Shown: positions 25,342 through 34,785, numbered from the stretch's first letter. The stretch: 64,000 bases of DNA from a bacterium (GCA_030700025.1 JAUYKI010000017.1:2748-66747), one strand, 5' to 3'. Program-made: numbers and translations. The notes: generated from the letters alone by a model not told the origin.

Positions 25342-26547
25342 TTAGATATTGTCCAGCGCTTGGGAGAGGTCGTTGATTAAATCTCGGGGATCTTCCCGGC
25401 CGATTGAGAGTCGCAGGGTAGACTGGGAAATTCCGGCTTTCTTCAGCTCCGCCGGGGTTAATTGTCCGTGAGTGGTAGTGGCCGGATGGATGACCAATGA
25501 CCGGGCCTCGCCAATGTTAGCGGCGTGCCAAAAGAGTTTTAATGATTCCAGGACTTTTCGGGCTTCCCGGATTCCGCCCCTAACTTCAAAAGCCATGAGT
25601 CCTCCAAATCCTTTAGGCATCATTTTTTTATTAAAACGCCGGCGATCGCCGTATTCCGGATAAAGAACCCTTTTAACTTTCCGATGGCGGGAAAGATATT
25701 TAGCCACTAAAGAAGCGTTGCGACAGTGTTCTTTCATTCGGCCGAAAAGCGATTCAATGTGGTAGCACAAAATAGCGGCATTATCCGGAGAAATGCACGG
25801 ACCAGTATCGCGGAACCAGCCGATTCGGATTTCATTAATAAGTTTCTTTCGTCCCAAAATGGCTCCCGCCACCACTTCGCCGTCCCCCATATATTTAGAT
25901 AGCGAATGGATTACAATATCCGCTCCCAGTTTTAGCGGCCGGAGCAGGGCCGGAGTAGAGAGGGTGTTGTCTACCACCAGCGGCAAATTATATTTATGCG
26001 CCAGGTTGGCAAGCATTTTAATATCAAATACGTCTAAGGTGGGATTGGACGGATTTTCTACGTAAAGAAATTTAGTTTTAGGGCCGATGGCTTTAGTCCA
26101 GGATTTTTCTTCCAGCGGTTTTTCCACGAAAGTAGTTTTAATTCCGAGCGCCGGCAGGCGATCACGGAATAAATGAAAAGTTCCGCCGTAGATGCGGTTG
26201 GAAGTTACGATGTGCCCGCCGTTGTTGGCGAGATGAAGGGCGATTAATTGGATTGCGGACATTCCGGAAGAAGTGGCTAATCCGGCCTCGGCATTTTCTA
26301 AAGATGCCAGCCGTTTTTCTAATTTATCAACTGTGGGATTATTGACGCGGGTATAAATAAATCCTTCTTCTTCGCCGGCAAATAATCGTTTAGCACGTTC
26401 AAAGGAACCCAGCGAAAATCCGATAACCCGGTGCAGGCCGGGACGCATTTCCGAATCGGTCAGCGATCCGCCCCCGTGGATTTCCAAGGTATTGGGATGC
26501 AGGGGCATTATTCTTTCCGGTTTGTTTGCTTTGGATTTTTTTGCCAT
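25342..26547 (-). CDS. PLP-dependent Cys/Met-metabolism enzyme (O-acetylhomoserine sulfhydrylase / cystathionine gamma-synthase family)
   Basis: 401 aa with family-typical blocks (…SLSKYMGDGEVVAGAI…) and a PLP-lysine context. Confidence 0.8.
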   Translation of the reverse strand: MAKKSKANKPERIMPLHPNTLEIHGGGSLTDSEMRPGLHRVIGFSLGSFERAKRLFAGEEEGFIYTRVNNPTVDKLEKRLASLENAEAGLATSSGMSAIQLIALHLANNGGHIVTSNRIYGGTFHLFRDRLPALGIKTTFVEKPLEEKSWTKAIGPKTKFLYVENPSNPTLDVFDIKMLANLAHKYNLPLVVDNTLSTPALLRPLKLGADIVIHSLSKYMGDGEVVAGAILGRKKLINEIRIGWFRDTGPCISPDNAAILCYHIESLFGRMKEHCRNASLVAKYLSRHRKVKRVLYPEYGDRRRFNKKMMPKGFGGLMAFEVRGGIREARKVLESLKLFWHAANIGEARSLVIHPATTTHGQLTPAELKKAGISQSTLRLSIGREDPRDLINDLSQALDNI

Positions 26548-26656
26548 TTGTGGAAATTATAACATTATTTACTGGACTCTCACAAAGGCGCAATGTTGTA
26601 ATTTATTTAGAAAAATGTTACTATTTTGCTAGTTTATTGAAACCTCGGAGGGGAAC

Positions 26657-27073
26657 ATGAAGGAAGAAAATGACCTTTCCTACCTTCAGGCAGTAAAGGA
26701 AGACCTTAGCGATATTCCGATTATGGACTTCGGCAATCTGGCGCTTAGCGATGATTTAAAGATTAATACCCGGCAGACGATTTATACGGTTCGTTTTCTG
26801 GGCCCGCCTTCTCAAAAGAAACGCCTGGCCGGCATTCAAAGCACCGGCAAGCATCTTTTTGACGGTCGAGTTACATTGATTGGTTCGGAAGTAAAATCTT
26901 CTCCCGGCGGCGCGCTGACGGTTTTGGAAGGGGGATTGATGGTTGGATTTTCGGCTGTGTTCTTTGATATCGTTGAAGAAAGATTGTTGAAATTGCCGGT
27001 TACTCAGGAAGTTTGGCTGAACGGAAAAAGAATTTTGCCGGATTTCTCCAGAGTTCCCGCAAGGGAAAAATAA
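26657..27073 (+). CDS. Hypothetical protein
   Basis: 138-aa ORF with GGAGGGG RBS. Its stop codon abuts a family-C element. Confidence 0.45.
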   Translation: MKEENDLSYLQAVKEDLSDIPIMDFGNLALSDDLKINTRQTIYTVRFLGPPSQKKRLAGIQSTGKHLFDGRVTLIGSEVKSSPGGALTVLEGGLMVGFSAVFFDIVEERLLKLPVTQEVWLNGKRILPDFSRVPAREK

Positions 27074-27147
27074 ATCCCGCTTAGAAGCAGGCCGCCCCAA
27101 GGTGGCTGTAGCCACTCGCTAAAAGCGAGGGCGGCTTCTAACGGGAT
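27074..27147. repeat. Family-C palindromic element (short copy, no downstream ATG use)
   Basis: ATCCCGCTTAGAAGC … GCTTCTAACGGGAT arms, with nested GC stems inside. Confidence 0.55.
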
Positions 27148-27280
27148 AAACAAACACTCCGCATAGCGGGGTGTTTTACTTTGGCTTGTCCTGCCTGCCC
27201 TGAGTCGTATCGAAGGGAGTTTGCTGGCAGTGAGCTTGTCGAATCTGCCGAAGGGGCTTGCGTTGAGCAAGGTCGAAGTG

Positions 27281-27351
27281 TGGACCTAAGGAGAATCGAA
27301 CTCCTACCTCTTCCATGCCATGGAAGCGTAATGCCACTTTACTATAGGCCC
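27281..27351 (-). tRNA. tRNA-Ala (anticodon GGC)
   Basis: Acceptor stem GGGCCTA/TAGGTCC; anticodon loop ATGGCAT; T-arm AGGAGTTCGATTCTCCT. Confidence 0.75.
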
Positions 27352-27398
27352 AAAATTAACTATTAACTTATAACCGATAATTTATAACTTTTCAAACC

Positions 27399-27473
27399 TG
27401 GTGTCCCCGGACTGAATCGAACAGTCATCCACTCCTTAGGACGGAGTTGTTCTATCCATTGAACTACGGGGAC
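27399..27473 (-). tRNA. tRNA-Arg (anticodon CCT), CCA encoded
   Basis: Acceptor stem GTCCCCG/CGGGGAC; anticodon loop GTCCTAA; T-arm GACTGTTCGATTCAGTC; 3' ACCA. Confidence 0.85.
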
Positions 27474-27766
27474 GTTTTTCTTTATCCACAAGGCTTACTT
27501 TACAATGTTTGGCGGTAATTTGCTATAATAGTTTCTAGTTGTGTCGCGTCCATAAAAGGGTTTTTGTTGTTTCTTAGAACCCGGTTGTGAGGACTGGATT
27601 TTGAGAAAGGCAGGTTTGTTTCAAAAAATAAGAATCGAGTGGCGGGTCGAATATTATTTATATAATTTAATTCACCGCGCCCAAGCATTCTTTTTCAAAA
27701 ACAAAACGGAAAGTCTTATGAGCCCTCCGCGGAGTCATAAGACTTGCCAGCCCTTTTATGGGCGTA

Positions 27767-28041
27767 GGGGTCTGTCATAAAATTACTGGCTTAATTTGGA
27801 GGCCTGGATTTGAGACAGGTACGAGACGCGACGACGACAACGTGTCTGAATGAAGGACACGTTGAGGAGGAGTAACGAAGTAGCTGGCCAAAGATAGGCC
27901 TCCCCGAAGGGCCAAAGCATTTTATGGGCTGCGACTGCGTCACTCGTCGTCAATGTAGCTAAAGCTACAATCTCCTCCTCGTTTCTTGTCTCGCTCCAAA
28001 AATGCTATGGTAAATAAGTCATTAATTTTATGACAGACCCC
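27767..28041. repeat. Family-A palindromic element, copy 2
   Basis: 19-bp terminal inverted repeat GGGGTCTGTCATAAAATTA … TAATTTTATGACAGACCCC. This outer stem differs from copies 1 and 3, but the core GTTGAGGAGGAGTAACGAAG … CTCCTCCTCG is conserved. Confidence 0.65.
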
Positions 28042-28151
28042 AGTATGGTATAGTTTAAGTAAGCATTATAAACAAGAACCTATTGAAATGGGTTCGGGCA
28101 ATCGATTTGATAAGGTCGCGATTAGCTCAATTCTAATTTTTCAAAAAAACT

Positions 28152-28400
28152 ATGGCAAATTCTGCATTTATGAAGCCGTTGAAAGTTAGCTCGGACTTAG
28201 CCGCGGTAGTCGGCAATGGCCCAATGCCTCGGAGCGAAGTTGTAAAGAAGCTCTGGGTATACATCAAAAAGAACAACCTTCAAGATCCTACAAATAAGCG
28301 CAACATCAACGCCGACGCGAACTTGAAAAAAGTTTTTGGCGGAAAGTCAGTTGTGAACATGTTTGAAATGACCAAATTGGTTTCCAAGCATCTTTCTTAA
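28152..28400 (+). CDS. SWIB/MDM2-domain protein
   Basis: 82 aa; the …VVKKLWVYIKKNNLQDPTNKRNINADANLKKVFGGKSVVNMFEMTKLVSKHL pattern matches the SWIB domain. Confidence 0.75.
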   Translation: MANSAFMKPLKVSSDLAAVVGNGPMPRSEVVKKLWVYIKKNNLQDPTNKRNINADANLKKVFGGKSVVNMFEMTKLVSKHLS

Positions 28401-28514
28401 TTGATTAAGAAATAAAAAATCCGGTCGCCTTAGGCGGCGGGATTTTTTATTTGGGGCATGATATAATGCAGTTAAAGCCCAAAGGTCTGACAATTAAATT
28501 AAGAATTTAATTTC

Positions 28515-28673
28515 ATGGAAGGATATTGTGTAAAGTGCAAAGCGAAAAGAGAAATGAAAGACGCCAAAGAGGTTGAAATGAAAGGAAAGGGCGGCAAGCC
28601 CAGGATGGCAATGACCGGCGTTTGCCCAGTTTGCGGCACTAAAATGTTTCGCATCATGGGCGCCAAGAAATAA
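28515..28673 (+). CDS. 52-aa zinc-ribbon micropeptide (not in the ORF track)
   Basis: MEGYCVKCKAKREMKDAKEVEMKGKGGKPRMAMTGVCPVCGTKMFRIMGAKK, with CxxC…CxxC. Confidence 0.45.
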   Translation: MEGYCVKCKAKREMKDAKEVEMKGKGGKPRMAMTGVCPVCGTKMFRIMGAKK

Positions 28674-28813
28674 TTTATCTTCTCCAGCTTGGTAAGATAT
28701 CTAACAAAAAATCTGGTCAAAAGCCGGATTTTTTGTTAGATTCTAGATTAGAGTAGGGCTAAATCTCACGAAGCGAGATCGCCCGAACATTTTATTGAAA
28801 TAAAATGTTTTAG

Positions 28814-28900
28814 GGAAGCGTGCCAGAGCGGTTGAATGGGCCGCACTCGAAATGCGGTATGCCCGAAAGGGCATCGAAGGTTCGAATCCTTCCGCTTCCG
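28814..28900 (+). tRNA. tRNA-Ser (anticodon CGA), long variable arm
   Basis: Identical to the tRNA-Ser(TGA) at 24823-24909, except for anticodon position 34 and compensatory changes in the variable arm. Confidence 0.85.
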
Positions 28901-28957
28901 CAATTTTTAAATTGAGGTTGTTTTTATTTGTTAATCGTGGTATTTATATAGAGCTTT

Positions 28958-30130
28958 TTGAAAACTGATAAAAAGGCGGTTACGATGGAACCGAAAAAGG
29001 GCTTGCGTGATGTTCCGGCCGGACAGACCCGGCTTTGCTTGTTGGATGAAGCCAACAGCGAACTTTATTATTGCGGTTATTCTATCAGGGATTTAGTTGA
29101 GCATTATCCCTATGAAGCCGTGGCTTATTTGATGCTTCACGGCGAATTGCCTTCCGAGTCGGAATTAAAAATTTTCACCCGTCGCCTGGTGAATAACGCA
29201 TGGAATATGCCTCAAGTGGTAGTTAAGAGTTTGGAGTTAAAAACTCCATTCACTGATGCCCATCCGATGGATAAATTGTCACTGATAATCCGGGCTGACG
29301 GCAATACTCACGGCATTCCGTTTTCTACGCCATCGTTAGAGAATAATTTGGACTTAGCGAAATCTTTGATTGCCCGGTTGCCTTTAATGGTTGCTTTGCT
29401 GGGCGGCGCTAGCCGGAATTATTTTGACTATTTTGATCCAGACCGCACGCTGATGGAAAATTTTGTAGATTCTTTGCGGATCCCGAACGAAGGCGGTTTG
29501 GCAACGAAATTAATGAATGTCGCGTTTATTCTTTACGCGGAACATGAATTCAACGCCGGGTCTTTCGCGGTTCGGGTGGCAGCCAGCGCGCACACCGATA
29601 TTTATTCCGCGGTTTTGGGAGGATTAGGAACTTTGCGCGGTACTCGCCACGGCGGAGCCAATGAAGAAGTAATGAAGAAGATGCTGGAAATCGGAACACC
29701 GGAAAAAACGCGCGAATATTGCGACCGATTTTTGTCTCAGCCGGGAGCGCGCTTGCCGGGATTTGGCCACGCGGTTTATACCATCGGCGATCCGCGGGTA
29801 GCGGTTCTCCGCCCGCTGGTAAAAGATTTGTCGGTCCGAAAGAACGATATGCGCTGGTATGAAATTGCTGTCGCGCTGGAAGAATATATGGCGGAGCGTT
29901 CTCGGGGAAAGTCTAAGCCCTTGCCGGCTAACACTGACCTTTGGACGGCGCCGTTATATCACTTGCTGGGCATCCCGATTCGTCTTTTCACCCCGCTTTT
30001 CGCCGCCTCCCGGGTTTCCGGCTGGTGCGGACATTATTTGGAAGTGCGGCATGTTTACAACGAACCGATTCTTCGGCCGCGCGCCGAATATGTCGGATCC
30101 GCTCCTCGGAAAGTAATCCCTCACTCTTGA
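28958..30130 (+). CDS. Citrate synthase-family protein (citrate/2-methylcitrate synthase-like)
   Basis: HGGANEEV catalytic-His block and GFGHAVY motif; 390 aa. The last 4 codons plus the stop (IPHS*) are encoded by a family-D element. Confidence 0.75.
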   Translation: MKTDKKAVTMEPKKGLRDVPAGQTRLCLLDEANSELYYCGYSIRDLVEHYPYEAVAYLMLHGELPSESELKIFTRRLVNNAWNMPQVVVKSLELKTPFTDAHPMDKLSLIIRADGNTHGIPFSTPSLENNLDLAKSLIARLPLMVALLGGASRNYFDYFDPDRTLMENFVDSLRIPNEGGLATKLMNVAFILYAEHEFNAGSFAVRVAASAHTDIYSAVLGGLGTLRGTRHGGANEEVMKKMLEIGTPEKTREYCDRFLSQPGARLPGFGHAVYTIGDPRVAVLRPLVKDLSVRKNDMRWYEIAVALEEYMAERSRGKSKPLPANTDLWTAPLYHLLGIPIRLFTPLFAASRVSGWCGHYLEVRHVYNEPILRPRAEYVGSAPRKVIPHS

Positions 30131-30191
30131 AAGAATTAACCTCGCTTATAGCGAGGTTTTTTATAGCAACGTTATTTCAAAAGTGAGGGAT
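30116..30191. repeat. Family-D palindromic element containing a terminator hairpin
   Basis: ATCCCTCACTCTTGAAA … TTTCAAAAGTGAGGGAT arms. Inner hairpin AACCTCGCTTATAGCGAGGTT followed by TTTTAT. Confidence 0.65.
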
Positions 30192-30269
30192 TTATTTTGA
30201 AGTTGATTTTTATGGAATTTAGCATTAAACTATTCTCGTTCTTTAATAACGAGGTATGGAGGATGAAAC

Positions 30270-31586
30270 ATGTTGACTACTAAAAATCTGCTGAATCACT
30301 TAGTAAATTTTTCTCATGACCTCAAATACAAAGATCTGCCGCCGGAAGTTGTCCACGAAGCTAAGCGGCGCTTAATTGATTCTATGGCCTGCGCGATAGC
30401 TGGCTCGCATGATCCGGCCACGCTTTTACTTGCTAAAAACTCTTGCGAATCCATGGAAGAGAAAGCCTTCAGATTTACGCATTTAATCCGCGTACTGGAT
30501 TGGAACGATACCTATCTTTCCAAAGAGCCGGCTCATCCTTCTGATAATATCGGCGCCCTGCTCGCGCTTTGTAACTATGGCATTTCCGGAGAAGATTTTA
30601 TTACCGCCATGGTGCTGGCTTATGAAATCCAGTGCCGGTTCTGCGACGCGGCTTCGCTCCGTAAAAATGGCTGGGACCACGTTGCTTACGTTTCGTTAGC
30701 CACTGCGTTTGCCACGGCAAAAATCCTGAAACTCAACCGCGAAAAAATGACCCATGCCGCTTCGCTGGCTCTCCGCTGGATTCCGCTTCGCCAAGTGCGC
30801 GCCGGATCGGACCTTTCAATGTCAAAGGGGCTTTCGGCGGCAGAAGCGGTAAAATTCGGCGTTCATTCAGCTCAATTAGCTAATTGCGGAATTACCGGCC
30901 CAAGCGAAATGATGGAAGGACAATTTGGATTTATTAATCAAGCAACCGGCGAGCTGGATTTTTCCGCCTTTACTTCACTCGGTTCGGAATTCAAAATTCT
31001 GAAAACCCACATTAAACTTTATCCGGTGGAATACCATGCCCAAGCCGCAGTGGATGTGGCTCTGCAAATCCGAAAAACACTAAATGGACGAGTGGAGAAC
31101 ATTACTCGCCTTGACCTTGAATCCTATGAAGCATGCCGAGCCATTATTGCCGACAAAAACAAACGCCGGCCAGCCACTAAAGAATCTGCTGACCATTCCC
31201 TGTTTTATATCATGGCAGTTACTCTTTTAGACGGAGAAATGACCTTGAAGCAATACGCACCCGAAAGATACAATGATCCGGCAGTACTTCAGCTGATTGA
31301 TAAAATGAGCGACGTTCAAGAAACGCCAAAATTTAATGAAGCTTATCTCAATCGAGAAAAACCCGCTTTTCCGCTTCGTTGCAAAGTTATTGGCTACCCC
31401 ATTCCATATACGGTAGAGGTTGAATTTCCCAAGGGCCACTTTGCAAATCCTTTAACCGACGATGAATTAGTTGAAAAGTTTAAGGCCCTAACTAGCCAAG
31501 ATATAAATCCAGTTTCATTAAAATCGGGCCTGGAATATCTTTGGCACTTGGAAGACGAACCGCGCCTCGCTCCTGTAAAATTTTAA
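30270..31586 (+). CDS. MmgE/PrpD-family protein (2-methylcitrate dehydratase-like)
   Basis: 438 aa; MmgE/PrpD N- and C-domain layout. Confidence 0.8.
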   Translation: MLTTKNLLNHLVNFSHDLKYKDLPPEVVHEAKRRLIDSMACAIAGSHDPATLLLAKNSCESMEEKAFRFTHLIRVLDWNDTYLSKEPAHPSDNIGALLALCNYGISGEDFITAMVLAYEIQCRFCDAASLRKNGWDHVAYVSLATAFATAKILKLNREKMTHAASLALRWIPLRQVRAGSDLSMSKGLSAAEAVKFGVHSAQLANCGITGPSEMMEGQFGFINQATGELDFSAFTSLGSEFKILKTHIKLYPVEYHAQAAVDVALQIRKTLNGRVENITRLDLESYEACRAIIADKNKRRPATKESADHSLFYIMAVTLLDGEMTLKQYAPERYNDPAVLQLIDKMSDVQETPKFNEAYLNREKPAFPLRCKVIGYPIPYTVEVEFPKGHFANPLTDDELVEKFKALTSQDINPVSLKSGLEYLWHLEDEPRLAPVKF

Positions 31587-31645
31587 TCTCCACCTTAAGT
31601 GGAGATCTTTTTCTTTTGTTTAAAGAAAACCTCGTAATATAAAAA

Positions 31646-31680
31646 AGCCACGACCCCAAGGTCGTGGTATTTTAATTTTA
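31646..31680. terminator. Bidirectional terminator between the PrpD-like gene (+) and the BT1 transporter gene (-)
   Basis: GCCACGACCccaaGGTCGTGGT flanked by A- and T-runs. A second hairpin, ATCTCCACttaaGTGGAGAT followed by a T-run, lies at 31588-31616. Confidence 0.7.
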
Positions 31681-32871
31681 TTTATCTTTTTTCTTTTCGC
31701 GGACTAACGGCAGAGCCAGCCACATCAGAGCGGTCAGTATGGCGGATAAGATTACCAGATTTGGATAGCCGATTTGTTCATAAAGTTTTGCTCCGGCAAG
31801 AGAGCCCAGCCGGCCGGCAAAATTGTAAAGCGACATCAAGAGGGCAAATACTATAGCTTCGGCATACTTCGGGCAAGCTTTGGCGGCAATGGTCAGCGTC
31901 CCCAGGAATCCGGCAATCGTTATAATCGGGTTCAGCGCGGAAATGATGTAAGCGCTCGTGGCATCGCGGTAGAAATAGAACATCAGATTGCCGATTACTC
32001 CAGTGATAATAATAGAGCGAATTAAGATTTCGTAGCTGATTCGCTTGGAATATATTCCGTACAGGAAAGTGCCGATAACAAAGGCGATGCTCCCAACTGT
32101 TTCAATGTTGCCGATTAAAACATCGGAAAACTTCAAAACATCTTTTTGATAATAGTAGAAAGTTTCTCCCAAGTGCGGATTACATTGGAATAGGAACAAA
32201 AAGATGGCGGCGGCCCAAAGAGTTCTGGACTTTACCGCGTCTTTCAGCCCGCCCCAAGATTGGCGCGAAGCTTCGCCGACAGAATTAACCGGTTCTTCTT
32301 TCAAGAAAAAGAAAGTAAACACCGCCATTAAAAGCGGAGCCCCAGCGGTCAGCATGATGGCGTCTTGAAGCGACCAATATTCAGCGATTCTTCCTTTGGT
32401 AGCGGCTATGAGAATTCCGGCTACTCCGCCGGCTGCCCATTGGGCGGCTTGCAAGCGATCGGTAATTTTTAACGGCTGGCCTTTTTCCACCATGACGGCG
32501 TCGCAGAGAACATCAGTGAAAGCGATTCCGATAGCGGCAATGACTAGCATTATCAGAAGCGTAGATTGGGTGAGGGGCAGAAAATAGATCGTACTATAGG
32601 CCGCGGCGGCGAGCAGGCTCATTAAGATGAAGTAGCTCTTCCGCCTTAATTTAAAAATCGGCAGAAAGTCAGAAATAATTCCGTAAAGCGGTTTAATCGT
32701 CCAAGGCAGGATAAGCATAGACATAAAGGCGGCCATTTCCGTTGGCGTGAAGTTTAGAACTTCTTTTAAATACTTTTGCAGAGATTGAATATGAAAACCC
32801 GGATTGCCTCCGGCGCCCTGCAAAAAGTAATAACCCCACATCAGGAACACTAAGTAGCGGACGCTTGCCAT
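31678..32871 (-). CDS. Folate-biopterin transporter (BT1) family MFS protein
   Basis: BT1 signature LPWTIKPLYGIISD; 12-TM layout. Confidence 0.8.
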   Translation of the reverse strand: MASVRYLVFLMWGYYFLQGAGGNPGFHIQSLQKYLKEVLNFTPTEMAAFMSMLILPWTIKPLYGIISDFLPIFKLRRKSYFILMSLLAAAAYSTIYFLPLTQSTLLIMLVIAAIGIAFTDVLCDAVMVEKGQPLKITDRLQAAQWAAGGVAGILIAATKGRIAEYWSLQDAIMLTAGAPLLMAVFTFFFLKEEPVNSVGEASRQSWGGLKDAVKSRTLWAAAIFLFLFQCNPHLGETFYYYQKDVLKFSDVLIGNIETVGSIAFVIGTFLYGIYSKRISYEILIRSIIITGVIGNLMFYFYRDATSAYIISALNPIITIAGFLGTLTIAAKACPKYAEAIVFALLMSLYNFAGRLGSLAGAKLYEQIGYPNLVILSAILTALMWLALPLVREKKKDK

Positions 32872-33060
32872 GTTGCCTCCCTAAATCAAATTTGCTTAGC
32901 AAATTTGATCGGGCGTCCCGCTTTGCGGGATTAGCCTGATTTCAAACAGCTGAGGAGATTTTAGTCGGGACTTGCTTCAAAGTCAAATTATTCTTATAAT
33001 CATTAACGGCTCATTAAAAATATCAGCGTTCTTGATGGGGCGCTAAGGAGAAAATTTACG

Positions 33061-34599
33061 ATGGGACCGGAAGAAGCAGATCAGTTAGTTCAGAAATATT
33101 TTAAGCGAAAGGGATTGCCGTTAATGCCAGCAGTTACCTTTGATGATGTTTTAGTTCGGGAAGGAATTTCCAGCATTGCTAGCCGGAGCGACATTACTAA
33201 TTTAAAGGCTCAGCTGGCAAAAGATTTTTGGCTGAATATTCCGGTAGTGTCCGCTAATATGGACACGGTTACGGATTCGCGTATGGCAATTGCTTTGGCT
33301 CGGCTGGGCGGTATGGGTTTCATCCATCAGTTCGTTTCGCTGGAAGACCGGCTGGAAGAAGTCAGCAAGGTTAAGCGGGCGGACAATATGGTGATTGAAA
33401 ATCCGGCGACCATTCGTCCGGAAGCAACTTGGGCGGAAGCGCAAGCGGTAATGGCGGAACGGGAAATTTCCTGTTTGCTGGTTACTGACGCGCAAGGAAT
33501 TTTGGCCGGCATCTTAACGTCGCGCGATACTCAATTTTGTTCCGACCCCAACGCTTTAGTTGGAGATTTAATGACTCCGAAAACCAGAGACGGACACTTT
33601 GTTTTGCAAACTGCCCGTCCGGATATTTCCAATGAAGACGCGGAAAAAATGTTAAAGCGTTCCAAGGTAGAAAAACTTCCTTTAATAGATGATGAGGGCA
33701 AGGTGGTTGGATTGATTACGGCGAAAGATATTTTAAAGCGCCGGATGTTTCCCAACGCGGCCCGGGACGAAAAGGGCCAGCTGTTAGTTGGCGCTACTTT
33801 GCGGTTCAGCGGAAATTATTTGGAAGAAGCGAAAGCGTTGATCGACGCCGGAGCGGATGTATTGCTGTTAGATACGGCGCGAGCCAGTTCTTCATCAGAG
33901 GACGGAATTTTGGCGTCGCAGTATTTAACGCCCGGGAAAATTGTGGAATTAGCCGCGGAAAGAACCGCGAAAATTAAATACGTGTTTCCAAAAATAGTTT
34001 TAGTGGTTGGTAATACTGCCAATCCGGAAGCGGTGGCGCTTCTGGCAAGCCGTGGAGCGGATTGCGTTAAAATCGGAATTGGGCCGGGAGCGGGATGTAA
34101 GACTCAGGAAGTAGCCGGAATCGGTTCGCCTCAGCTTCACGCGATCGCGCAATGCGCGGCGGTGGCCAGAGAAATCGGAGTTTGTTTAATGGCTGACGGC
34201 GGAATTAGAAATGGCGGTTGCATGGTTAAAGCGCTAGTTGGCGGAGCAAATGTGGTGATGCTGGGAAGTTTGCTGGCGGGAACCGACAAATCTCCGGGCC
34301 TGCTGGTTTGGAATCGAAAGGAAAATAAACTGGTTAAGAAATACCGCGGTTCGGCATCCACTGAACATCAGCTGGATAGGATTAAAGTTGGGGATTTGCA
34401 CGCGGTTAGAACGTCAGAGGGCGAAGCCGGAGCGGTTCCTTACATGGGCACGACGGTTTCGCTGATTGATGATCTGCTTGGCGGATTGCGGTCGGGCATG
34501 AGTTATGTCGGCGCCCATAACCTAGAAGAGCTTTGGCAGTTCGGCAGATTTGTTTGGAGAACGCAGGCCGGAATTGAAGAAGGAAGACCCCGAATATAA
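33061..34599 (+). CDS. guaB: IMP dehydrogenase (TIM barrel with CBS pair)
   Basis: Catalytic-loop motifs GIGPGAGCKTQ and GGIRNGG; tandem CBS insert; 512 aa. Confidence 0.9.
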   Translation: MGPEEADQLVQKYFKRKGLPLMPAVTFDDVLVREGISSIASRSDITNLKAQLAKDFWLNIPVVSANMDTVTDSRMAIALARLGGMGFIHQFVSLEDRLEEVSKVKRADNMVIENPATIRPEATWAEAQAVMAEREISCLLVTDAQGILAGILTSRDTQFCSDPNALVGDLMTPKTRDGHFVLQTARPDISNEDAEKMLKRSKVEKLPLIDDEGKVVGLITAKDILKRRMFPNAARDEKGQLLVGATLRFSGNYLEEAKALIDAGADVLLLDTARASSSSEDGILASQYLTPGKIVELAAERTAKIKYVFPKIVLVVGNTANPEAVALLASRGADCVKIGIGPGAGCKTQEVAGIGSPQLHAIAQCAAVAREIGVCLMADGGIRNGGCMVKALVGGANVVMLGSLLAGTDKSPGLLVWNRKENKLVKKYRGSASTEHQLDRIKVGDLHAVRTSEGEAGAVPYMGTTVSLIDDLLGGLRSGMSYVGAHNLEELWQFGRFVWRTQAGIEEGRPRI

Positions 34600-34711
34600 A
34601 TTTCTAATTACTAATTTCTAATTACTAATGACTAAGTTCAAAATTCAAATCCCGCAATTGCGGGATTTTTTATTTGAAAATACTTCAAAATTGATTTAAT
34701 ATATTTTCAAC

Positions 34712-34785
34712 GGGCCGTTAGCTTAGTGGCAGAGCACCCGGTTTGCATCCGGGAGATGCGAGTTCGATTCTCGCACGGTCCACCA
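34712..34785 (+). tRNA. tRNA-Ala (anticodon TGC), CCA encoded
   Basis: Acceptor stem GGGCCGT/ACGGTCC with the G3:U70 alanine identity pair; anticodon loop TTTGCAT; 3' CCA. A terminator (ATTCCCTCCGACgcaaGGTCGGAGGGAAT followed by a T-run) follows at 34791-34830. Confidence 0.9.

Noticed and set aside
27500-27688. 62-aa ORF on the minus strand between the tRNA cluster and family-A copy 2
   Set aside because: No RBS. It lies in an AT-rich region with promoter-like TTTACA-N18-TATAAT on the opposite strand. Probably non-coding.
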